Source: Candidatus Limnocylindrales bacterium (GTDB lineage: Bacteria > Chloroflexota > Limnocylindria > Limnocylindrales > CSP1-4). From it: 25,248 nucleotides of DNA. A program made the position numbers and the translations under genes. The notes beneath the pieces were generated by a model that saw only the letters and a program-made list of their open reading frames with translations, searched no databases and was not told the origin of the DNA. Position 1 is the first letter of the stretch. Each line of letters begins with the position of its first letter. Location of the stretch: assembly GCA_046717305.1 (NCBI GenBank), contig JBKJVO010000128.1, positions 1 to 25,248 on the forward strand, in the 5' to 3' direction. Positions 7,905 through 17,726 of this stretch are shown here, in pieces.

Positions 7905-8702
7905 CTACTGCACGTCGATCGTGCCGAGCATGCCCGCCTCGCGGTGACCGGGGATCGCGCAGTAGAACTCGAGCGTGCCGGCGGCAGTCGGCTTCACGGC
8001 AAGCGCGACCGTGGCATTCGCCGGGACCTGGACGTGGAGATTGAGCGCGTCGATGTCGAACGAGTGGGCGAACGAGTCGTTGTTCTGGACGAACAGGCCC
8101 AGGACGTCCGACGATGTCATGGAGTAGCTCGTCGTCAGGAACTTCGTCCCCTCGGCGACCAGGGCCCCCGTCGTCGTCGGGGCCGCCGCGATCGCCGCGC
8201 CGGCGCCGGTGGAGTTCGCCGCCAGGTAGCCCGTCGCGAAGGCCCCGGCGGTGGCGCCGGCAACGATGGCCACGGCCCATCGGGCCCGGGCGCCGCTGCG
8301 TGACGGCGTCGCCGGGTCTCCCGCCTCGCGGTACGCGGTGATCCCGGCCACCACCAGGACGATCGTCGCTACGACCAGGGGCAGGATCGCGGTGAACGCG
8401 ATGTCGGCCGGGTGCGTGAGCGGGTACGGGATGAACGGGGCGTTCATCAGGAGAAACAGCACCGGCGGGATTAGGAGGCCGATCCACAGCCAGCGCCGAC
8501 GCGGCGCGGAACGCAGGAACGTCGACAGGCCGGCACCGATCACGAAGAGCACCAGGAAGGCGAGGATCAGCGGCAGGAACGCCTTCGTCTCGGGACTCTC
8601 GTCCAGGGCCGGCAGGATCAGGACCGCGAGGATGTACACGAACAGGACGGCCAGCAGCCAGTACGTGGCGGCGTAGACCTTCATCGCGAACGTTCTCGTC
8701 AT
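7905..8702 (-). CDS. 5-TM membrane protein with C-terminal cupredoxin (type-1 copper) domain
   Basis: Five hydrophobic helices, then N-x-D-S-F-A-H-S-F and C-x4-H-x4-M (CAIPGHREAGM); SD GAGGAGG. Confidence 0.85.
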   Translation of the reverse strand: MTRTFAMKVYAATYWLLAVLFVYILAVLILPALDESPETKAFLPLILAFLVLFVIGAGLSTFLRSAPRRRWLWIGLLIPPVLFLLMNAPFIPYPLTHPADIAFTAILPLVVATIVLVVAGITAYREAGDPATPSRSGARARWAVAIVAGATAGAFATGYLAANSTGAGAAIAAAPTTTGALVAEGTKFLTTSYSMTSSDVLGLFVQNNDSFAHSFDIDALNLHVQVPANATVALAVKPTAAGTLEFYCAIPGHREAGMLGTIDVQ

Positions 8703-8766
8703 CGCCGGTGGACCTCCTCGCTCTCGGCCCGTTCGGGCTTGTCGCCCGATGTGTAGCCGCTGGGGT

Positions 8767-8784
8767 GTCCCGGTGTCATGGGAC
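8767..8784. promoter_or_regulatory. Candidate response-regulator operator GTCCC-N8-GGGAC
   Basis: Dyad 65 bp upstream of the cupredoxin gene; the spacer contains a -35-like ATGACA on the minus strand (8779-8774). Confidence 0.35.
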
Positions 8785-8830
8785 CGCCGTCACGAATCCG
8801 CCTGGGTCGCGCCGGCCGCGGCGTCGCCGT

Positions 8831-9511
8831 CTAGGAGGTCTGCCGTCGCTCGCCGCCCAGGCCGGCCTCGCGCGCCCGGACGATGGCCTGCGCCCGGTCC
8901 GCCACCTGGAGTTTGCTGAAGATGTTCGACACGTGGTTGCGGACGGTCTTCGGCGACACGCCCAGCCGCCCGGTGATCTCCGTGTTGTTCAATCCCCGCG
9001 CGATCATGTCGAGGATCTCCCGCTCCCGATCGGTCAGCTCGGGGAACACCGTCGCCTCCACCGCCGGACGGGCGGCAAAGAAGGCGGCCAGCCGCCGGGC
9101 GATCGCGGGCCCGAAGATCGCCTCGCCCGATGCGACGCCCCGGATCGCCCGGACGAGCTCGGCGCGGTCCGCGCCCTTCAGGAGGTAGCCGCGGGCGCCC
9201 GCCTTGAGCGCGCCGAAGACCTGGTCGTCGTCCTGGTACATCGAGAGCACCAGAACGGCGATGTGGGGGCTCGTCGAGACGATCCGGCGGGTGGCCTCGA
9301 TCCCGTCGAGGCCGGGCATGTTGAGGTCCATGACCACGACGTCGGGCTGAAGGTCCGCGGCCCGGTCGACCGCCGCCTCACCGCTCGCCGCCTGACCCAC
9401 TACCTCGAACCCGTCGATGGTCCCGAGCAGGGCCTCCAGGCCGGTGCGGAACGGCGCGTGGTCATCCACCACCAGGATCCGGATCGGCTCGGAGGGGCCC
9501 TGGTGATCCAT
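8831..9511 (-). CDS. NarL/LuxR-family response regulator (REC + HTH)
   Basis: VVDDH, VVVMDLNMP (phospho-Asp), LSM, GYLLK, and ELTDREREIL...VRNHVSNIFSKL LuxR HTH. Confidence 0.95.
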   Translation of the reverse strand: MDHQGPSEPIRILVVDDHAPFRTGLEALLGTIDGFEVVGQAASGEAAVDRAADLQPDVVVMDLNMPGLDGIEATRRIVSTSPHIAVLVLSMYQDDDQVFGALKAGARGYLLKGADRAELVRAIRGVASGEAIFGPAIARRLAAFFAARPAVEATVFPELTDREREILDMIARGLNNTEITGRLGVSPKTVRNHVSNIFSKLQVADRAQAIVRAREAGLGGERRQTS

Positions 9512-9518
9512 CTCCAGC

Positions 9519-11789
9519 CTAGCTCCAGACCCGGCCGTCGAGCGGCAGGCGGGCGAAGACTCGAGTGCCGCCGCCGGCGATCGATTCGACGACGCACGTC
9601 CCGCCGACTTCGGCGGCCCGCTCCCGCATCGAGAGCAGGCCGATCCCGGGCCGGAGCCCGGGCGGCAGGCCCCGACCGTCGTCGGTGACCTCGACCTCCA
9701 GCGCGCGGTCCTGGTCGCCTGCCTCCGAGACCCTCACCCGACACGTCCGTCCCTCGGCATGGCGGGCCGCATTCGTCATCGCTTCAACGGCGATCCGGTA
9801 CGCGGCAACCTCCACCGCCGCCGACAGCTCGGGCAGCACCCCCGCCGCCGCCACGTCGAGGGTCTGCTCGGGACGGAGGCGGCCAGCCTGGGCCTGGATC
9901 GCCCCGATGAGTCCGAGCTCATCGAGCGCCGGTGGTCGGAGAGCGTCCACGAGTCGGCGGATGTCCGTCAGGGCGCCGCGGACCTCCCCCCGGAGCTCCG
10001 CGAGGACGCGCTCGGCTCCGGCCGGATCGCGCGCCGCAAGCTCGGCGGCCACCTCGGCGCGCATGCCGATGGCCGCCAGGGTCGGGCCGAGCCCGTCGTG
10101 AAGGTCGCGCCTGATGCGTCGCCGCTCCTCCTCGCGCGCAACGACGAGGCGCTCGCGCGATGCGATGAGGTCGAGCGTGAGCCCGAGCGCATGCACCGCA
10201 GCGCCGGCCTGCCGGGCGAGCGCGTTGAGCAGCTGCAGGTCCGCGATCGAGAGTGGCTCCGTTGGAGAGCGGGGCGCGACGAGCAGGTCGCCCACGACCT
10301 CGGCGCCGTACACAAGCGGCACCTCCACGACCTTGCCCGGCGGTTGCCGGCCATGCGCGATCGTGCGCCCGACATCGCCCGCCGGGCCGATCCGGATGGC
10401 GACCCACGGCAGGCGGAGGGACTCCGCCACGGTCCGCACGATGACCGTCGGCGCCTCGATCGGGTCGAGCGTGTCGTCCAGCCGCTCTCCGAGTCGCGTC
10501 AGCGCCCGATACGGGTCGTCGCGATCGCCGTACATCACGCGGTTGACGGTCCTCTGGATGACGTCGCGAATCGGCAGCGCGACGACGGCCGCAAGGCCGG
10601 TGGCCAGCAGCGACGCCGAAAAGCCGCCCTGGAACCGGAGGAACGTCCCGAGGATGGAGACGGAGATCGCGTAGATCACAACGATCGAGACCGTCGCGCC
10701 GCCGTAGACGAGGGTCCGGTTGATCGCCACGTCGATGTCAAAGAGGCGGTACCGCAGGATGCCCGCGGCGATGCCCAGCGGCATCGGCAGCGCCAGGAGC
10801 CCTACCGCGCTCCACGGGACGATCGGTCGGCCGGTCAGCAGCTGCGGCAGCAGGAGGAGGACCAGCGACGAGACCGTCGCGACGAGGCCGCCGACTGCCG
10901 CCCAGCGCACCTGATCGCGGACGGCCGGCGGTGACGCCCGAAAGGCTCGCACCGTCAGGGCGATCCCGGCCACGATGGTCGGGATGATCACGAGCGTCTG
11001 CACGGTCGCCCACGTTCCCACCCAGGCGGTCGACGACGGTGCGCTCAGCCTCGACGCCACCAGCACGACGACGTACCCACCGAGCGGCAGCCCGTAGACC
11101 ACGGCGAGGGCGCGCCGACTCGGGACCTCGGACGGACGGGCCATGGCAAGCGGGAGGTGGAGTGCACCCGCCGGCCAGAGGAGCATGTACAGGCCGCCGG
11201 CCGTGAAGGCGTGGAGCAGGAACGGCCAGCCGCGCACGACGTCGCTCACCTGGAGCCCCAGCAGCCACGGCAGCGTGCTGCCGGTGACGCCGACGGCGGC
11301 CACCGCGAGCGCCACCCCCGCCGAGGCTTCGGGGCGCCGCCAGAGGACGTACCCGGCGACAAGCTGGAGGACGACGGTGAACAGGAGGACGCTCCAGTTG
11401 TCCACCAGCGTTCCGCCAATGTCATCGGGTGCGAGGGCGACCGCGACATCTAGGGTGGCGCCGTCACGTCGGACCGTATACGTGACACTGTTTGAGCCGC
11501 CCAACGCCGATCGATCCAGGCTGGGGTCCAGGATGCCGTCCAACCACGCGGCGAGGGGACGCCCCTCGACGGCTGTGACCACGTCGCCCGGGGCCAGGCC
11601 GACTGCGGGCCGATCGACGTCGGCGATCTGTGCGCCGTCCGTCGTCCACGCGTCGGCGTAGAACGCGATGGTTGCGCCGTCGGAGGATCCGCCCACGCGC
11701 CAGGCGAGGAAACCAAGGCTGGCCACGATCGATAGGCCGGCCAGGATCCAGACCCCCGTCCGTCGCGGTCGGTCTAACACGATCGTCAC
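9519..11789 (-). CDS. Sensor histidine kinase: TM, PDZ-like, multi-TM, GAF-like, HisKA_3, HATPase
   Basis: GLAPGDVVTAVEGRP (PDZ-like), about 10 TM segments, ERRRIRRDLHDGLGP (H-box), EAMTNAARHA, DDGRG, GIGLLSMRERA. GTG 11789 has an SD (GAAGGGGAG) and an upstream -10-like TATCCT; ATG 11855 is the alternative. Confidence 0.92.
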   Translation of the reverse strand: MTIVLDRPRRTGVWILAGLSIVASLGFLAWRVGGSSDGATIAFYADAWTTDGAQIADVDRPAVGLAPGDVVTAVEGRPLAAWLDGILDPSLDRSALGGSNSVTYTVRRDGATLDVAVALAPDDIGGTLVDNWSVLLFTVVLQLVAGYVLWRRPEASAGVALAVAAVGVTGSTLPWLLGLQVSDVVRGWPFLLHAFTAGGLYMLLWPAGALHLPLAMARPSEVPSRRALAVVYGLPLGGYVVVLVASRLSAPSSTAWVGTWATVQTLVIIPTIVAGIALTVRAFRASPPAVRDQVRWAAVGGLVATVSSLVLLLLPQLLTGRPIVPWSAVGLLALPMPLGIAAGILRYRLFDIDVAINRTLVYGGATVSIVVIYAISVSILGTFLRFQGGFSASLLATGLAAVVALPIRDVIQRTVNRVMYGDRDDPYRALTRLGERLDDTLDPIEAPTVIVRTVAESLRLPWVAIRIGPAGDVGRTIAHGRQPPGKVVEVPLVYGAEVVGDLLVAPRSPTEPLSIADLQLLNALARQAGAAVHALGLTLDLIASRERLVVAREEERRRIRRDLHDGLGPTLAAIGMRAEVAAELAARDPAGAERVLAELRGEVRGALTDIRRLVDALRPPALDELGLIGAIQAQAGRLRPEQTLDVAAAGVLPELSAAVEVAAYRIAVEAMTNAARHAEGRTCRVRVSEAGDQDRALEVEVTDDGRGLPPGLRPGIGLLSMRERAAEVGGTCVVESIAGGGTRVFARLPLDGRVWS

Positions 11790-12029
11790 GACTCCCCTTC
11801 CTGCGGCGACAGGATAGTCCGGGCGCTTCGATGAGAGGGACGCTCGGTCGGCCATCGCGGGTCGGTTTCACCCGCAGGATGCCCGGCCCGATCAATCGAC
11901 CGTCCTCGACGCCTGCCGTGGGTGGCTCGCTCGGCCGCCTGCTGACCCCGCCCTGCGTCTGTCAGGCAACGGCCCATCGCGAGCCCGGGTGAGGCTCCCC
12001 AGCCGTCGCACATCTCGGAGGGTGGACAC

Positions 12030-12491
12030 GTGTCGACAGATCAGCGCCCCGCAGGCGGCTCGCACCATCGGATGCCTTCCGTGCGAAGGCTCCTCGTCAT
12101 CGTCGCCACCATCGCGGCCCTCACCATGCTGGCGCCAGCTGCGTCGGCGACCTCGCCGCTCGGGCCGATCTCCCTGACGAAGACATGCGACGCCCCAGAC
12201 CACTGCACCGTCCAAACGTCTCTCACCAACAGTCCGCTCCGTGTGGGCACCGAGGGCTTCTACAACGGCCCGGTTCCCGTCAGCCGGCTGAGCAGCCACG
12301 TCGTTCTCGTGACACCCGGCGATGCAGGGACGACAACCGGGCACTGCACACTCAACTTCGTGAGCGCCATCGGAACGTGCACGTTCGCCCGGGGGACCGG
12401 TTCGCTCGCCGGATTCCATGCCAACCTGACCGTCACCACCGCTGACTGGGAGACGTTCCTCTGGGAGGGCACCTATCACTTCGACCGCTAG
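12030..12491 (+). CDS. Small secreted beta-rich protein of unknown function
   Basis: Signal peptide (RRLLVIVATIAALTMLAPAASA), four Cys, C-terminal GTCTFARGTGSLAGF..LTV; start could be 12030, 12072 or 12081. Confidence 0.72.
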   Translation: MSTDQRPAGGSHHRMPSVRRLLVIVATIAALTMLAPAASATSPLGPISLTKTCDAPDHCTVQTSLTNSPLRVGTEGFYNGPVPVSRLSSHVVLVTPGDAGTTTGHCTLNFVSAIGTCTFARGTGSLAGFHANLTVTTADWETFLWEGTYHFDR

Positions 12492-12697
12492 CCTCGGCTG
12501 ACCTTCGCGTCGAGAGGTGCCACCCCAGGACTGACCGGCGATCTACCGGCTCCCGCTCGATTGGCGCGCCCCAGGTGTCATCTCGACACGGGCGGACGCT
12601 TCGGTGCGTCGATCGAGCGGAAGTTCGGGTTGAGGGATCCGGCCCTCGGTCCGAACCGGCCGATCCACCCTCGACCGCCAGCGCAGAACCGGGGTCC

Positions 12698-12744
12698 GTT
12701 GCCACACGAAATGCCGAGTCGTCCGTGGATGTCGAAGTGACAAC
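12698..12744. repeat. Imperfect palindrome (REP-like?)
   Basis: GTTGCCAC (12698-12705) and GTGACAAC (12737-12744) pair 7/8; inner CGAAAT/ATGTCG pair 5/6; intergenic. Confidence 0.4.
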
Positions 12745-12787
12745 TCGAAGCGGTGGCCCCAGAGCCGACGAAGCTGTCAGCCCGCGA

Positions 12788-14607
<1,820 letters not shown>

Positions 14608-14613
14608 CCCGCC

Positions 14614-15153
14614 GTGTTCATGCTCTTGGCGATCCCGATCGGGATCATCGCCGGGCTCTTCCTTCGAGGCAGGATGGACGGCCTCCTCCAGCTCCGATTC
14701 CGGTGGGCCGCGCTCGCGGTGGGTGGGCTGCTCGTCCAGCTCGTGCTGTTCACGCCGTTCGGTGACGGCTTCGCCGGCGACCTCGGGCCGGCGATCTACA
14801 TCGCCTCCACCGCGGCCGTCTTTGTTGCCGTCGTGCGCAACCTGCGGATGCCGGGCATGGCGATCGTGGCCGCCGGAGCGCTCAGCAATCTCGTCGCGAT
14901 CACTGCGAACGATGGCGCGATGCCGGCCGATCCGGGCGCGCTCGCCATCGCCGGCTTTGCCGGCCCCGGCGACCATACGAACAGCGTCGTCCTCGCGGAG
15001 CCGGCGTTCCGGGCGCTGACCGACATCTTCGCGCTGCCGGCGTGGCTGCCGATGGCCAACGTCTTCAGCGTCGGCGACGTCCTCATCGGGCTGGGTGTCG
15101 CGGTCGCGATCGTCGCCGCGATGCGGCGGCCGGAGGCAGCCTCGCCGGATTGA
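14614..15153 (+). CDS. DUF5317-like membrane protein
   Basis: G..LRGR...L..LRFRW, N.VAITANDGAMP, LTDIFALP...NVFSVGDVLI motifs. Confidence 0.75.
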   Translation: MFMLLAIPIGIIAGLFLRGRMDGLLQLRFRWAALAVGGLLVQLVLFTPFGDGFAGDLGPAIYIASTAAVFVAVVRNLRMPGMAIVAAGALSNLVAITANDGAMPADPGALAIAGFAGPGDHTNSVVLAEPAFRALTDIFALPAWLPMANVFSVGDVLIGLGVAVAIVAAMRRPEAASPD

Positions 15154-15161
15154 GACGATCC

Positions 15162-15184
15162 GGCCGGCGGCGACCCCGCCGGCC
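15162..15184. terminator. GC-rich hairpin between convergent genes
   Basis: GGCCGGCGG / loop CGACC / CCGCCGGCC (9-bp stem); no U-tract. Confidence 0.45.
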
Positions 15185-15191
15185 CCGGTTG

Positions 15192-16121
15192 TCAGCCGCC
15201 GCGGCGCTCCCGCCAGAGGCTGCCGAGGAGGAACGCGACGTTGGCGGGTCGTTCAGCGAGGCGACGCATGAAATACGGGTACCACTGGCCGCCGAACGGG
15301 ACATAGATGCGCACCTTCCAGCCGTCACGGAGCAGCCGCTCCTGGAGGTCCCGCCGGACCCCGTAGAGCATCTGGAATTCGAAGCGGTCCGGCGCGATGC
15401 CGCGTTCGCGCGCGTAGGCGACCGCACGGTCCGCAATCCGGTCATCGTGGGTCGCAATCGCCGGATAGGTCCCTGCATCGAGCAGCCGCTCCATCACCGC
15501 GACATACGCAGCATCCACGTCGGCCTTGTCCTGGTGCGCAACCGCGGCCGGTTCCTTGTACGCGCCCTTGCAGAGGCGGATCCGGGCCTTCTCGCCGATG
15601 AGCGCCTCGGCATCGGCCGGAGTTCGTCGGAGCGCCGACTGCAGGACGACGCCCACGTCGCCCGAGCCGGCCATGAGCGGCCGCAGGTCGCGCCAGAGCG
15701 CGAGCGTCGCGTCCGTCGTCGAGTGGTCCTCCATGTCGATCCGGACGAAGGCGCCGACGGCCGCGGCGGCGGTGAGGACGCGCGCCACGTTCTCGCGCGC
15801 AAGTCCGCGGTCCAGGGCCAGGCCCATCTGGCTGAGCTTCAGGCTCACGTTGAGGTCGAGGCCCCCGTCGGCGAGCATCGGGATCGCGGCGACGTATGCG
15901 GCGGCCGCATCAAGAGCGGCGACCTCTGACGTGACGGACTCGCCCAGGATGTCCACAGTCGTTGCGAACCCCCGCGCGTGGATCGCCCGCAGGGCGGGAA
16001 GCGCCGTCTCGAGCGTCTCGCCGGCGATGAACCGGGTGACCATCGGACGCGTGAACGGCAACCGGGTCGCGAGCCGGCCGATGAAGCGCCGGTGCGACAA
16101 ATAGAGGAGAACCGAGCGCAT
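15192..16121 (-). CDS. putB: Monofunctional proline dehydrogenase (PRODH)
   Basis: RFIAGE, DILGE, SLKLSQMG, VRIDMED, RLCKGAY, IATHD, FQMLYGVR, YVPFG..WYPYFMRRLAERP; start at MRSVLL (16121), alternative 16163. Confidence 0.93.
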   Translation of the reverse strand: MRSVLLYLSHRRFIGRLATRLPFTRPMVTRFIAGETLETALPALRAIHARGFATTVDILGESVTSEVAALDAAAAYVAAIPMLADGGLDLNVSLKLSQMGLALDRGLARENVARVLTAAAAVGAFVRIDMEDHSTTDATLALWRDLRPLMAGSGDVGVVLQSALRRTPADAEALIGEKARIRLCKGAYKEPAAVAHQDKADVDAAYVAVMERLLDAGTYPAIATHDDRIADRAVAYARERGIAPDRFEFQMLYGVRRDLQERLLRDGWKVRIYVPFGGQWYPYFMRRLAERPANVAFLLGSLWRERRGG

Positions 16122-16227
16122 CGCGCCCTCGAGCGCCGCGCCGAGGGCTCGGCGAATCCTCATCTCCCTGCCGGCTCCCACGGCCCGCGACGGCGCGACG
16201 TCGCGTCGGACTCGCGGCGACGGTGGA

Positions 16228-17088
16228 TCAACTGGGCCGGCCGTCCTCCGGCGCGAGCGTCGCCTCCAGCTGGTCCCCGAGCTCCACCGTCCGCCGGAAC
16301 GCGGCCCAGACCGCCTCCGACAGGACCGTCCGCAACCGCCCGGACTCGAGCTCGTGGAGGGCGGCGGCGCTCGTGCCGCCCGGGGAGGTGACCATGTTGC
16401 GGAGCTCGGCCGGATGCATCCCCGACTGCTTCGCGAAGAGCGTGCTCCCCTCGAGCGTCTCGATGACCAGGTCGTGGGCGATGTGGCGCGGGAAGCCGAG
16501 ATGGACGGCGGCATCGATGAGCGCCTCCATGACGAGGAACACATACGTGGGACCGGTTCCGGAGACCGCGGTCGCCATCGCGACGAGCTTCTCATCGTCC
16601 ACCTCGAGCTGGACACCCAGCGCCCCGAGGAGCGCAGCCGCCTGCGCCCGCTGCTCGGCTGTCACTGCCGGCGTCGCGAACCAGACGGTCATGCCCTTGC
16701 CGAGCCGGGCCGGGGTGTTCGGCATGCTGCGGACGACCTGATCGTGCCCGAGCGCACCGATGAGCGCCCGCGTCGTGGCACCGGCGAGGACGCTGATCAC
16801 CAGCTGGCCGCGGCGGAGGTGGGGACCGAAGTCCTTCGCCACGCGACCGAGCATCTGCGGCTTGATCGCCAGGACGATGACGTCCGCGCCCTCAATCGCA
16901 TCGATGTTGGAGGCCACCGCACGGATGCCGTGGGTCGCAGCCAGCTCCTCGCGACGCTCGGCGCGGGGGTGACTCGCCACGATCTGCGACGGCTCCACGA
17001 GCCGTCCACGGAGCACGCCGGCGATCATCGCCTCCGCCATGACGCCGGAGCCGACGGTCGCGATCGTGAGTTTCGCGAGGGGGGACAT
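16228..17088 (-). CDS. proC: Pyrroline-5-carboxylate reductase
   Basis: GSGVMAEAM, LAIKPQ, VRSMPNTP, TAVSGTGPTY, VTSPGGTS motifs; start MSPLAK at 17088 with TGgCATACT -10 7 nt upstream. Confidence 0.95.
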   Translation of the reverse strand: MSPLAKLTIATVGSGVMAEAMIAGVLRGRLVEPSQIVASHPRAERREELAATHGIRAVASNIDAIEGADVIVLAIKPQMLGRVAKDFGPHLRRGQLVISVLAGATTRALIGALGHDQVVRSMPNTPARLGKGMTVWFATPAVTAEQRAQAAALLGALGVQLEVDDEKLVAMATAVSGTGPTYVFLVMEALIDAAVHLGFPRHIAHDLVIETLEGSTLFAKQSGMHPAELRNMVTSPGGTSAAALHELESGRLRTVLSEAVWAAFRRTVELGDQLEATLAPEDGRPS

Positions 17089-17151
17089 GTGCCCGAGTAT
17101 GCCACGCGAGGCGGGCAGGACCGGGCGCGGCGCCCGCACGACCCCCGGGGC

Positions 17152-17373
17152 TCAGCCGTCCGGACCGCGCTCCCCGGTCGTGGGCCGAGGGTCACGGGAC
17201 GCGGCCGTGCGCTCGTCCAGCGCGCGTCGCAGCCGGAAGCGCAGGAATTCGTTGTCGCCGGCGCGGCCCACGCAGGCCGGGCAGAGCTGGGCCCAGCCCT
17301 CCAGGTCGTCGTTGCTCCGGGTCGCGTGATGCGTCCCGCACCACAGGCAATCGAACTCGCGACGAGCGGGCAT
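17152..17373 (-). CDS. 73-aa protein with CxxC...CxxC (Zn/rubredoxin-like knuckles)
   Basis: MPARREFDCLWCG...WAQLCPACVGRAGDNEFLRFRL...; protein-like composition; sits between ferredoxin and proC. Confidence 0.62.
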   Translation of the reverse strand: MPARREFDCLWCGTHHATRSNDDLEGWAQLCPACVGRAGDNEFLRFRLRRALDERTAASRDPRPTTGERGPDG

Positions 17374-17425
17374 CCGGTGATTTCGTCGTCGGCCGCGGGA
17401 CCGCCGGTCCGGCGTCAGGCGCGCG

Positions 17426-17713
17426 TCAGCGCGGCTTCGCGGCGTCCACGGCGACGCGCGCCGCGCCGCGATCCGTGAACCACGTGGCATCGATCTGCAC
17501 GTAGTTGGACCACTCGGCCGGAACCTGATCTTCCGGGAATATCGCGTTCACCGGGCATTCGGGCTCGCACGCGCCGCAGTCGATGCACTCGTTCGGGTCG
17601 ATGAAGAGCTTCCGGTCCACGCCTTCCTCGAAGTGGATGCAATCCACGGGGCAGACCGAGACGCACGAAATGTCGAGCACGTCGATGCAGGGCTCGGCAA
17701 TGACGTAGGCCAT
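17426..17713 (-). CDS. fdxA: 7Fe ferredoxin ([3Fe-4S]+[4Fe-4S], FdxA-type)
   Basis: C-x7-C-x3-CP-x2-C and CIDCGACEPECP motifs; SD AGGAG; start MAYVIAEPC. Confidence 0.9.
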   Translation of the reverse strand: MAYVIAEPCIDVLDISCVSVCPVDCIHFEEGVDRKLFIDPNECIDCGACEPECPVNAIFPEDQVPAEWSNYVQIDATWFTDRGAARVAVDAAKPR

Positions 17714-17726
17714 GGGACGTCGACTC

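Noticed and set aside
12433-12787. C-terminal extension or fusion domain on HppD (507 aa)
   Set aside because: Out-of-frame read-through caused by the 1-nt deletion; the true C-terminus ends at 12788.
16194-16205. Perfect palindrome CGCGACGTCGCG between proC and PRODH
   Set aside because: Single CG-rich 12-mer with no supporting second site.
15192-16616. 474-aa PRODH with N-terminal extension
   Set aside because: The extension overlaps proC in another frame and is Arg/Ser-rich noise.
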